The notes under the pieces are model-generated. The model was not told the DNA's origin. It searched no databases and was given only the letters and a program-made list of their open reading frames with translations. A stretch of 53,101 bases of DNA from a virus (lineage: Duplodnaviria; Caudoviricetes), in the IMG/VR virus record IMGVR_UViG_3300042516_003674, positions 1-53,101 of that record; one strand, 5' to 3'. The position numbers were made by a program, and so were the translations under genes. Numbering within the stretch: the first letter of the stretch is position 1; every line of letters starts with the position of its first letter. Of this stretch, positions 45,577 to 53,101 are shown piece after piece.

Positions 45577-45888
45577 ATGCTCTCCACCCAATATCGTCTT
45601 CGTCTTGAATTTATTTGCAGTAGAATTGAAAATCATGAAGAGGTAAAATTAGAAGATATGATATGGGCGGAGAAGTTAGCAAAAGCAAATCGATCTGCTG
45701 CCACTATGCTACGTCAGGCCCGTAGAAAAGCAGCAAATCCAAATATGACAGAAGATAGTATGGATGGTTTCCTAAATGCTCTTGATTTAGGATATCCAGA
45801 TCCTACACAACACCGTACTAGATTTGATAGTGTTGATGATATTATTGATTTCTTTCATAATGATGATGATGGAATGAGACGTGACTGA
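45577..45888 (+). CDS. hypothetical protein
   Basis: MLSTQYRLRLEFIC...DMIWAEKLAKAN; CTAAATA at 45549-45555. Confidence 0.75.
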   Translation: MLSTQYRLRLEFICSRIENHEEVKLEDMIWAEKLAKANRSAATMLRQARRKAANPNMTEDSMDGFLNALDLGYPDPTQHRTRFDSVDDIIDFFHNDDDGMRRD

Positions 45889-45989
45889 TGGACTTTATAC
45901 AATTTGTATCGCACGAACTTTATTTGTTTGTTGCTTTTATGTGTGGTTTATTGTTGGGATATATAACTGGAAAGAGAGATTCAGAATGA
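45888..45989 (+). CDS. 33-aa single-TM peptide
   Basis: MDFIQFVSHELYLFVAFMCGLLLGYITGKRDSE; TGATG overlap with the upstream stop. Confidence 0.5.
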   Translation: MDFIQFVSHELYLFVAFMCGLLLGYITGKRDSE

Positions 45990-45998
45990 TTCGTGAAT

Positions 45999-46598
45999 AT
46001 GTCAAATATCTATAATTTCCCATCTCAGTTTGTTTATTGGGAAAAAATTGAAAAACATAATGAAATAAAAAAAAATATTTTACCTTCTATTTTAGAGCAC
46101 TCTAGTAACTTATACAAATCATATTCTGAAGAGGATATAGGATATTGTGAAAAGTTTAAATGTAGAACTAGTTATTTCTTAAGAGGTGAAGATGACACCT
46201 TTTTATTTGATCTTCTCAGTGTATATGACTATTTAAATTTAATTGTTTGGAATAGTGTAGATAATTTGCTTAGTAATGAAAAATTAAATATCCAACAATT
46301 TCCAAGAACATCAAAAATATCTAAAATCTGGTACAATGTATATTCTCCTGGTGGGCATCATGATATGCATACTCATGGATTTCACGAAGGATTTTCGGGG
46401 ATATATATTTTAGATTTAAGTGAAAAAAATACAACAAAATTTTTCACACCTGGAAATAAATTTTTCGAAAAAACTCTATACCTAGATAATGCTGAAGAAG
46501 GAACAGTAATATTATTTCCCAATAATTTAATTCATTCTGTAGGTTGTTGTCTAAAAAATAGAGTTACTATATCCTTTAATATTAATAGTAGTTTTTAG
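45999..46598 (+). CDS. 2OG-Fe(II) oxygenase-like (HxH type)
   Basis: WYNVY...HDMHTH...FSGIY, EEGTVILFPNNLIHSV...RVTISFNI. Confidence 0.85.
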   Translation: MSNIYNFPSQFVYWEKIEKHNEIKKNILPSILEHSSNLYKSYSEEDIGYCEKFKCRTSYFLRGEDDTFLFDLLSVYDYLNLIVWNSVDNLLSNEKLNIQQFPRTSKISKIWYNVYSPGGHHDMHTHGFHEGFSGIYILDLSEKNTTKFFTPGNKFFEKTLYLDNAEEGTVILFPNNLIHSVGCCLKNRVTISFNINSSF

Positions 46599-46605
46599 AT
46601 TTTTT

Positions 46606-47742
46606 ATGATACAAGAATTAGTTGATAATAATTTTCTAGTAGTTAGAAATTTTATTAGTGCTGAAAGATCTAAAAAACTTTCTGAAGAATTTAAAAAATA
46701 TTGCGAAGATAATAATATTTCAGATGATTCTCAAATTCCAAATACTCCAGCTCAGTATAATTATAAATCATTTTTAGAATTACTTTGTGAGAAAACTCCA
46801 GAAATTTCTAAAGTTATTAAAGAAACTGTAGTACCAACATACTGTTATGCTAGAGTTTATAAGAATGGTGACATATTAACAAAGCATACAGACAGAGATG
46901 CTTGTGATATTTCTTTAACTGTACATTTGGATGGTGATGAAGAATGGACAATTTATGTGCAATCCCCAGATAAAAAGGAAATTCCAGTCAATCTAAAATG
47001 TGGAGATGCTCTTGTATATCTTGGATGTGATGCTCCACACTGGAGGAATGCCTTTGATGGATCTTTTTACTCACAAGTATTTTTACATTATGTTAGAAGC
47101 AGAGGTGAAAGATCTTATGCTTATTTTGATAAAGTAAAGAGTAATACTGATACAAATAGTCAAATAAAGTTATCATCTAAATTAGAATCTTTTATACAAA
47201 TTTATGAAAATGTGATACCAGAAGATCTGTGCGACTCTATCATTAATCAATATCAGAATGACAATGGTTGGGAAGATTCTAGGGTTGGTGGAGGTATTGA
47301 TAGTAAAGTAAATAAAAAGGTTAGAAACTGCCAAATAATGTCAATTTCATCACAGAATACGATTTCTAAAAATCATCTCATACGTAAAGAACTTGACGAT
47401 AAAGTTTTTGAAGTTGCATCATTTATAATTAACGATTTAAAAACTAAATTTGAAACAATCACCATCAATCAAGATAGTGGTTATGATCTTTTAAAATATA
47501 CGACTGGTGGATTTTATACCCAACATACGGATTCATTTACCGATAATCCAAGGGCAATTTCCTGTTCATTAATTTTAAATGATGATTATGAAGGTGGTGA
47601 ATTTGGTTTCTTTGATAGAGAAGTTGTGTATAAACTTAAAAAGGGATCTGCCATTACGTTTCCTTCTAATTTCTTATATCCTCACGAAATAATGCCAGTA
47701 ACTTCTGGAACTCGGTATTCTATCATTACTTGGTTCGTTTAA
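46606..47742 (+). CDS. tandem two-domain 2OG-Fe(II) oxygenase
   Basis: Domain 1 HTDRDACDIS...HWR...VFLHY; domain 2 FYTQHTD...LNDDYEGGEF...FPSNFLYPHE...RYSIITW. Confidence 0.9.
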   Translation: MIQELVDNNFLVVRNFISAERSKKLSEEFKKYCEDNNISDDSQIPNTPAQYNYKSFLELLCEKTPEISKVIKETVVPTYCYARVYKNGDILTKHTDRDACDISLTVHLDGDEEWTIYVQSPDKKEIPVNLKCGDALVYLGCDAPHWRNAFDGSFYSQVFLHYVRSRGERSYAYFDKVKSNTDTNSQIKLSSKLESFIQIYENVIPEDLCDSIINQYQNDNGWEDSRVGGGIDSKVNKKVRNCQIMSISSQNTISKNHLIRKELDDKVFEVASFIINDLKTKFETITINQDSGYDLLKYTTGGFYTQHTDSFTDNPRAISCSLILNDDYEGGEFGFFDREVVYKLKKGSAITFPSNFLYPHEIMPVTSGTRYSIITWFV

Positions 47743-47764
47743 TAAATAACTAAAAAGTTTTAAG

Positions 47765-47971
47765 ATGAAGACCTTTCAGGAATTTCAAGAACAAATGTTG
47801 TCCGCTGTTGATAAAAAAGAAATTAGAGTAGCAGGTCTTAAGGCAGCAGCAAGGCAAACTGTTAGAGATAAGGCCTGGCAAAGAAGGCACGTAGCTCACG
47901 AAATTGAAACAAGAAACTCTAGAGAAGATAGAGAAAGAATAAGTCACGAAAGAAATGCTCAACCTGCATGA
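47765..47971 (+). CDS. putative internal head protein (MKTFQEF leader)
   Basis: N-terminus resembles the T4 IP capsid-targeting sequence; ATAAATA at 47742-47748. Confidence 0.55.
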   Translation: MKTFQEFQEQMLSAVDKKEIRVAGLKAAARQTVRDKAWQRRHVAHEIETRNSREDRERISHERNAQPA

Positions 47972-47972
47972 T

Positions 47973-48028
47973 CCACTTTAAAAACTGGCACAAGGCACCT
48001 TGACTTTCGGGTTGAGGTGCTTTATAGT
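47973..48028 (+). promoter_or_regulatory. early promoter cassette copy 2
   Basis: CCACTT-N4-AACTGGCACA, hairpin containing TTGACT, TATAGT 30 nt after the motif (17-nt -35/-10 spacer). Confidence 0.8.
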
Positions 48029-48050
48029 ATAAGCATCAAAACACTTCATT

Positions 48051-48671
48051 ATGTCTTACGAAGCAAAGATTACTCTTAAGTATGATTCCACTTGGGATCG
48101 CAAAGGTGGTATCTACGATGATGAGATCCTTCCAGAGGAGCATATCACCTTTGAGTGTCCTGTAGATGATCTCAACAGCATTCAACTCTTCCAATTCTTT
48201 GCGAAGTTTTGTTATGCTATGGGACATAATGAGGCAGGTATTGCGAAAGGTGCTTGCTACCTTGCGTTCAACGAAATGCGAAGCACCAAAGATATGCGTA
48301 AGACTGCAGATGATTATGACCTCAAACTGATTGAGGATTATAATGACAAACTCTTAGAAATTGAAAAGTTGGATAAAGAAATCCGTGACCTGAAAGCAAA
48401 ACTTTCCCGTATTGAGAATCCTGATAATCCTAACTACACAGAGGAAGAAATGGATGCGATGACTAATGATGTTGCAGATGCCCTTGTGAGTAAACTTCAA
48501 GGTGCTTATACCGTCTGTAAGGATTGTGGTACTAAGTATGGCGAGTATTCTGTTGGGTGTTCTTCTGTTTGGGAAGGTAAGTGTGATGTGTGTGAAGAAA
48601 CAAAACCTGTGACTGAAGCAAGGGATTATGGGTATTTGAACAAAGGTATTGAGTTGCTATTGAAGAAATGA
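48051..48671 (+). CDS. hypothetical protein with C-terminal Zn ribbon
   Basis: Coiled coil followed by CKDC...CDVC. Confidence 0.7.
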   Translation: MSYEAKITLKYDSTWDRKGGIYDDEILPEEHITFECPVDDLNSIQLFQFFAKFCYAMGHNEAGIAKGACYLAFNEMRSTKDMRKTADDYDLKLIEDYNDKLLEIEKLDKEIRDLKAKLSRIENPDNPNYTEEEMDAMTNDVADALVSKLQGAYTVCKDCGTKYGEYSVGCSSVWEGKCDVCEETKPVTEARDYGYLNKGIELLLKK

Positions 48672-48859
48672 AACCAAACACGTATGTAATCTTAGAAAGA
48701 GCAGTAGAAGAAGGGACCCGACTTGGTTATCGTCGTGCTTTCAAACACGTTGAAAATCCAAGTGAAGAAGCAATCGTAGAAGCAATCGTAGATGCTGTAA
48801 TGTTGACTGTGAGTGAGGTATTTGTGTTTAGTGATAAAACTGGAGAGAGTTATGAGTAG
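48668..48859 (+). CDS. hypothetical protein
   Basis: ATGA-coupled; ILERAVEEG..LGYRRAFKH. Confidence 0.7.
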   Translation: MKPNTYVILERAVEEGTRLGYRRAFKHVENPSEEAIVEAIVDAVMLTVSEVFVFSDKTGESYE

Positions 48860-49055
48860 AGCAAAAGAGTTTATGAGTTTCGTATGGGAACAACGAAACA
48901 ATCAGGGTGCTGATACAGAAGAGAAGTTAGTTGCTGCTATTCTTTCACTTGCTGCTGAATATGTAAGATTTTACACAGCACAAAACGATCTGATCGTATT
49001 GGACAAACAAGACCTTCTCCAACTCGCAGAGGAAATTAAAAGTGAAACTGTTTGA
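48852..49055 (+). CDS. small helical hypothetical protein (paralogue family A)
   Basis: GGAG RBS, ATG 48852; similar to 51913 and 52128. Confidence 0.65.
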   Translation: MSRAKEFMSFVWEQRNNQGADTEEKLVAAILSLAAEYVRFYTAQNDLIVLDKQDLLQLAEEIKSETV

Positions 49056-49302
49056 TTACTACATTAAAGAAGATTTTGGAACTGATTATATCTTTACCCT
49101 ACTTAAAGGTAAAGAAAGGTCTTTTATTCAGGTAGAAGTTTCTTGGAATGAATATCCTGCATTTCCATATCTTCAAATCGCATTTGGAAACAATCGTTTG
49201 ATTGATATTCTCTTCTGGTGTTGGAAGTTTGGTTTTGCTTTTGAGTTGCTTGGATTTACTTGGGGATCTTGGAATAGGGATTTTAATGAAACCACTACCT
49301 GA
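49042..49302 (+). CDS. aromatic-rich hypothetical protein
   Basis: 86-aa ORF overlapping its neighbours. Confidence 0.65.
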   Translation: MKLFDYYIKEDFGTDYIFTLLKGKERSFIQVEVSWNEYPAFPYLQIAFGNNRLIDILFWCWKFGFAFELLGFTWGSWNRDFNETTT

Positions 49303-49441
49303 CAAAAGAGAACTGGATATTATGTGGACGGTTGCCACAAGTACCAGTATTGAAACTGGCACAAGACCTCACTATGGGTTTGCAAAGATGCTGTATGATG
49401 AACTCAACGACATCAAACCACCAGTAGGACTTGGAAAATGA
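49286..49441 (+). CDS. small hypothetical protein
   Basis: MKPLPDKRELDIMW... from ATG 49286. Confidence 0.55.
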   Translation: MKPLPDKRELDIMWTVATSTSIETGTRPHYGFAKMLYDELNDIKPPVGLGK

Positions 49442-49692
49442 GATTTCGTAATATAGAGTTCCGTTGGAGTAAATGTAACAACAAGTATGAACTCGTCAAG
49501 TGGTATCCTCAAACTCACGGTGAAACTTGTTGTGTAGTTGCTTTCTTTGATAAAGACAAAGAGGGTTACGATATGAGAACCATCGGTGATCGGTTCTTTG
49601 AGGATAAAGATGCTTGGGTTGTTGGTAAGTATGGTCTGGAGTTTCTAAATGCTATCTTTGATATAGAAAAACACGAGGAAGATGCAATTTGA
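49438..49692 (+). CDS. hypothetical protein
   Basis: ATGA-coupled 84-aa ORF. Confidence 0.7.
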   Translation: MRFRNIEFRWSKCNNKYELVKWYPQTHGETCCVVAFFDKDKEGYDMRTIGDRFFEDKDAWVVGKYGLEFLNAIFDIEKHEEDAI

Positions 49693-49963
49693 ATTCAACT
49701 TTGTAAAACCAGGAGTCTTTGATTTACCAGAAACCGACTGGTGGGGATTTGACCCAAATGACCACATTGAAATACAACCACATTGGACATTAGCACATCT
49801 GGCAGTAGAAATGGAATTGTTTCCATCCGTAGGACAAGCAAGGAAGAATGGGTGGGATGGACCTATTCCAGAAGGATTTACAGAGAAGACGAAGATTGGA
49901 AAGATGAAAAAGTCCATGTTTATTCACAACCCACCTGCTGAGTTTTTTGAAATAAACAATTAA
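49682..49963 (+). CDS. hypothetical protein with S4-like motif
   Basis: LAHLAVEMELFPSVGQARK resembles the S4 helix-turn of the TyrRS C-domain. Confidence 0.5.
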   Translation: MQFEFNFVKPGVFDLPETDWWGFDPNDHIEIQPHWTLAHLAVEMELFPSVGQARKNGWDGPIPEGFTEKTKIGKMKKSMFIHNPPAEFFEINN

Positions 49964-49974
49964 AGAATGTTAGA

Positions 49975-50472
49975 ATGATTGAATTAATTTCACAACCTTA
50001 TTATGGTTTCACCTATCCTATTCTTAGTGATGGTATAGTAACCGCATTCATTCATAAGTCTTGCGAACCGAAAGCATTTATTAAAAGTATGCTTTCCTTT
50101 ACAGAAAATCTAATTGGTGTTGATTTTAGACTTGTAAGAAAAGGAAAAAATGCAGAACTTAAGTTTTTTGAAATTCCACTAATTGCAAATGAACCGACTT
50201 ATGTTGGACTTGCTGTTCCTTATGTTTCCACTATTGGTAATGTCTGGGACATTTTTGTAAAAACAAATCCAGTATCATCAAAACAGTGGATTTATCTTCA
50301 CGAGTTCGGTCACTTTCTTGGAATGGAACATCCATTTGATGATAATGATAATGATGTATGGTATGGTGAATCTACAAATGATACTGTAATGTCCTATAAC
50401 TATCAACCAAGTTCCTATTGGTGGTTCAGGCAAGCAGATATTGATACTATTACTGGTATGTGGGTCAGTTGA
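49975..50472 (+). CDS. metzincin zinc metallopeptidase (M10-like)
   Basis: HEFGHFLGMEH zinc motif and TVMSY Met-turn. Confidence 0.85.
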   Translation: MIELISQPYYGFTYPILSDGIVTAFIHKSCEPKAFIKSMLSFTENLIGVDFRLVRKGKNAELKFFEIPLIANEPTYVGLAVPYVSTIGNVWDIFVKTNPVSSKQWIYLHEFGHFLGMEHPFDDNDNDVWYGESTNDTVMSYNYQPSSYWWFRQADIDTITGMWVS

Positions 50473-50520
50473 GAAACTGGCACAAGGGGTCTTCACGGAG
50501 ACCCTTTTTTGGTTTATAAT
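50465..50520 (+). promoter_or_regulatory. early promoter cassette copy 3
   Basis: TCAGTT-N4-AACTGGCACA, GGGTCT/AGACCC hairpin, TATAAT 30 nt after the motif. Confidence 0.8.
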
Positions 50521-50541
50521 GACTTCATAGACAACAAACCG

Positions 50542-50778
50542 ATGACCTACGACCAACTCTACGATCATATCGTCAACTACATTTCTCTGCCTTATCCTGT
50601 TATTACTGGTGAGATTACCAACTGGACAGGAAAACCTCTTGAACACGATAAGAAACGTGCTTGTCTAATTCTTGGTGCTTTTATGGAGTTTATCCTTGAT
50701 TGTAATGATGCTGGTATTGATGTAAGGACTCTTGATATGACTGGTTTTGTAAATGAAAAACTTGATGAACTGAAATGA
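50542..50778 (+). CDS. hypothetical protein
   Basis: ATG 50542 downstream of the cassette -10. Confidence 0.7.
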   Translation: MTYDQLYDHIVNYISLPYPVITGEITNWTGKPLEHDKKRACLILGAFMEFILDCNDAGIDVRTLDMTGFVNEKLDELK

Positions 50779-51125
50779 CCGACCTTTCCAACTTTTCTTA
50801 CAAGCAAATACAAGAACTTGAAAAGCAAATTGAAGAACAGAAAAGGTTGATTCAAGAACGCAAAGAGTTTTTGAGTCAAACAAAAGACTGTGCGGTTGGA
50901 TATAAGGTGACTTTCTGTGTGAAGTTTAATCCTTTTGTTCACGAACACGATGAACTGAATAGTGTGGAGGAGTTTGGTGATTGGTTGGTAAATGATAATG
51001 CAAGACAAATTATTGAATACTTTGAACTTAAAACTCCTGCTGAAGATATAAGTGGTTTTGATATTACAGAAATGACCGATAAAGACAAGGAAGAATGGAA
51101 GTATTTTTGGGAGAATGAAGAATGA
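50775..51125 (+). CDS. hypothetical protein
   Basis: ATGA-coupled 116-aa ORF with N-terminal coiled coil. Confidence 0.7.
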   Translation: MTDLSNFSYKQIQELEKQIEEQKRLIQERKEFLSQTKDCAVGYKVTFCVKFNPFVHEHDELNSVEEFGDWLVNDNARQIIEYFELKTPAEDISGFDITEMTDKDKEEWKYFWENEE

Positions 51126-51298
51126 ACTACCTCTGCCTTGTTGATGGTGTTGTAGAATACGGAAGCACAGACCTCAACGACTTCAACCATTATCGTATGG
51201 TGTATTACGAAGACCACAAAGATGCTGAAAATGTAGAGTATCTTGTGCTGACCGATGAGGCATACGACGAAATGTTCCCTTGTGAGGATGAAGAATGA
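51122..51298 (+). CDS. small acidic hypothetical protein (58 aa)
   Basis: MNYLCLVDGVVEYG...; ATGA-coupled at both ends. Confidence 0.65.
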   Translation: MNYLCLVDGVVEYGSTDLNDFNHYRMVYYEDHKDAENVEYLVLTDEAYDEMFPCEDEE

Positions 51299-51462
51299 CT
51301 GACCTCAAACGATATAAAATCACTATTACTGTCACTACAAGAAATAGTGCTTTTGACACAAGAATTGGAGACCCTATTTGGCATCTCCTTGATATTGAAA
51401 ATGGAGAAAAACTTGATAGTGTTTCTCTACCTGTTGAATTACCTTTGATTAATTATGACTAA
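51295..51462 (+). CDS. small hypothetical protein (55 aa)
   Basis: MTDLKRYKITITVTT...; ATGA-coupled. Confidence 0.6.
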   Translation: MTDLKRYKITITVTTRNSAFDTRIGDPIWHLLDIENGEKLDSVSLPVELPLINYD

Positions 51463-51718
51463 ACTCTTTCAATACGATAAAAAAGTTTGGGAAGGTGGTG
51501 AAACTTCACGCACTTGGCAGTTTGGTATCTTCAAAAATCATTCACTCTTGTGGGTGAATTATGAAAATCCCAGTAGTCAAGTTTGGATGTCTGGTGGGCT
51601 TCATATCTCATTCTCATTCTTTGGTTCTTCTCTGTTTGGTGTAGATTTTGAGACCAATAGTTGGTCTTTTTCATTTAACTTTTTTACTGAATACTTTGAG
51701 GGGTGGGATGATGACTGA
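51455..51718 (+). CDS. aromatic-rich hypothetical protein
   Basis: 87-aa ORF, loosely similar to 49042. Confidence 0.65.
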   Translation: MTKLFQYDKKVWEGGETSRTWQFGIFKNHSLLWVNYENPSSQVWMSGGLHISFSFFGSSLFGVDFETNSWSFSFNFFTEYFEGWDDD

Positions 51719-51926
51719 TCAACAAATCCTTGAACTTGTAAGATTTCACTTTCAAGAGGGTGGATTGAGAGACGATGGTAGTTGTTCTGAATATTTCGGA
51801 ACTCCTGAAAATTTTATTGAGTTTGCCCAAGTAATTTATGAAATGGGTAGTGAAAATGGTTGGGAAAGTCACCAAGAAAGTGTATCACTGAACTCCTCTT
51901 ATCCTACTGATTATGACTATGACTGA
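51711..51926 (+). CDS. hypothetical protein
   Basis: MTDQQILELVR...FIEFAQVIY from ATG 51711. Confidence 0.65.
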   Translation: MTDQQILELVRFHFQEGGLRDDGSCSEYFGTPENFIEFAQVIYEMGSENGWESHQESVSLNSSYPTDYDYD

Positions 51927-52131
51927 CGCAGCATACAAAGTTTGGGAAGCATTCAAAGCAGAATTGATTGTAGAACCCACCGATGATATGAAAGAAGCAC
52001 TTGCTACTGCTATCCGTGAGATTGCTAATCAATATCAATATTATCAGTGTTGTAAAGATGAAGGTGTAGAAGATATGGTAGTTGATGCTCAAAAACTTTA
52101 TGAACTTTCTTATGATGTGGAGGCACTATGA
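51913..52131 (+). CDS. small helical hypothetical protein (paralogue family A)
   Basis: ...ALATAIREIANQ...LYELSYDVEAL. Confidence 0.65.
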   Translation: MTMTDAAYKVWEAFKAELIVEPTDDMKEALATAIREIANQYQYYQCCKDEGVEDMVVDAQKLYELSYDVEAL

Positions 52132-52304
52132 CTGAAAGAGCAAAAAAGATTATGGAAGCATACGAAGCAGAGGATACTTACAACTTTCCAAAAGATGGAG
52201 TTGTTGCTGCTCTCCGTGAAACTATCAACCAACTCCAACAAAGCCCTGGTGTGATTATGTGTGCTGATCTGTTAGAATTGTGTGAGGAACTGGAGGCACT
52301 CTAA
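52128..52304 (+). CDS. small helical hypothetical protein (paralogue family A, 58 aa)
   Basis: MTERAKKIMEAY...VVAALRETINQ...DLLELCEELEAL; GGAGG RBS. Confidence 0.65.
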   Translation: MTERAKKIMEAYEAEDTYNFPKDGVVAALRETINQLQQSPGVIMCADLLELCEELEAL

Positions 52305-52456
52305 TGACTGAAAACAAACAACTCACAGAATATCTCAAAGAAGTTCTTAATCCTCCTGATAATGTAGAACTCTCTGTTTATGATGAAGATAATAATGAAA
52401 AGGATTTGTCTAATGGTATTGTAAATGTATGGATAGAGGAGATTAAAAATGACTGA
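52304..52456 (+). CDS. small acidic hypothetical protein (50 aa)
   Basis: TAATG overlap, GGAGG RBS. Confidence 0.55.
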   Translation: MTENKQLTEYLKEVLNPPDNVELSVYDEDNNEKDLSNGIVNVWIEEIKND

Positions 52457-52721
52457 CTTTCAACCAAAACCACAAACACCAGAGCAAGTAGATGAAGGTC
52501 TGCGTAATGCTTTTATACAAGCAAAGCAAGAGGGTGTATTCAATGATTCTATGAAAATCAATCTACCAAAACACTCCAACTGGACTTGCTATATGTTTGG
52601 CAATCGTCCAGATGCTAATTTTGGTATTTCTTATGTTCCATCAGAAGGACGAGTGCCTAATCGTTTTGTGAGGTTTATGATGCGGATTTGTTTTGATTGT
52701 ATGTGGGTGGAGGGGAAATGA
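52449..52721 (+). CDS. hypothetical protein
   Basis: GAGGAG RBS; 90 aa. Confidence 0.7.
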   Translation: MTDFQPKPQTPEQVDEGLRNAFIQAKQEGVFNDSMKINLPKHSNWTCYMFGNRPDANFGISYVPSEGRVPNRFVRFMMRICFDCMWVEGK

Positions 52722-52825
52722 CCTACGCATCTTATCGTTGTCCTAAATGTGGAGCACAGATAGGATATATTGGAAGGTTCTTTCAGTTTCTTCGTATTCC
52801 ATTACATCGGTGTAAGGACACTTGA
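52718..52825 (+). CDS. 35-aa putative zinc-finger peptide
   Basis: MTYASYRCPKCGAQIGYIGRFFQFLRIPLHRCKDT (CxxC...HxC); GGAGG RBS, ATGA overlap. Confidence 0.55.
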   Translation: MTYASYRCPKCGAQIGYIGRFFQFLRIPLHRCKDT

Positions 52826-52873
52826 AGAACTGTCACAGGAGCATCCCACAGGTGCTCCTTTTGGTTGTATAAT
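52818..52873 (+). promoter_or_regulatory. early promoter cassette copy 4
   Basis: ACACTT-N4-AACTGTCACA, AGGAGCA/TGCTCCT hairpin, TATAAT 30 nt after the motif. Confidence 0.8.
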
Positions 52874-52895
52874 GACTTCATAAGCAACCAAACCG

Positions 52896-53101
52896 ATGGA
52901 CTACGAAACTGAAATCATCAACGGACACACAGCAGTTGTCCGTCATTTTTTCAAACCACACGAAATCAAAGTTGGTTCCCGTTGGATTGGTTCTTCTGGT
53001 AGTATTGTTGTGGTTGAGGGCATCAATCAGTATGGTTCTACTGGCACTTGGTATGAGGTTGTTTATTCTTGGGAAGAGAATGGTGTGAAGAAAACACACG
53101 A
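52896..53101 (+). CDS. hypothetical protein, 3'-truncated by window edge
   Basis: MDYETEIINGHTAVVRHFFKPHEIKVGSRW... open to the window end, downstream of cassette 4. Confidence 0.65.
   Translation, partial: MDYETEIINGHTAVVRHFFKPHEIKVGSRWIGSSGSIVVVEGINQYGSTGTWYEVVYSWEENGVKKTH

Noticed and set aside
1-53101. Stop-codon reassignment or intron/intein interruption
   Set aside because: Genes end normally in TAA, TAG and TGA with dense standard-code packing; no split conserved gene or intein motif seen apart from the gp26/gp51 junction

Overview
A 53-kb segment of an AT-rich T4-like myophage whose gene order and protein families resemble T4-like cyanophages (host inferred; no host-diagnostic gene is in the window). 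1-12.3 kb: 3' end of a Mom-like DNA-modification gene, then baseplate/tail genes (gp53, gp48, gp2, gp4, tube-family, gp26/gp51, two tape-measure-like proteins, hub, split gp5). 12.3-41.7 kb: fibre region with two huge, nearly proline-free Gly-X-Gln collagen proteins, a Gly/GNP-rich adhesin flanked by three 2OG-Fe(II) oxygenases, two tRNAs and a fibre with a His-rich needle. 41.7-53.1 kb: small early-type genes driven by a repeated dyad + hairpin + -10 cassette. Best candidates for novelty: (1) four phycobiliprotein-like helical repeats with the chromophore-type Cys motif (KCxRD[IL]GY) nested in the head of the 3074-aa collagen fibre; (2) a probable programmed -1 frameshift fusing gp26 to the small gp51 ORF; (3) a non-canonical UAU-anticodon tRNA beside a probable tRNA-Ile2; (4) a fibre-tip/hydroxylase module; (5) a promoter- and terminator-bounded ~70-nt sRNA candidate. 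All family assignments come from motif recognition by eye; no searches were run.
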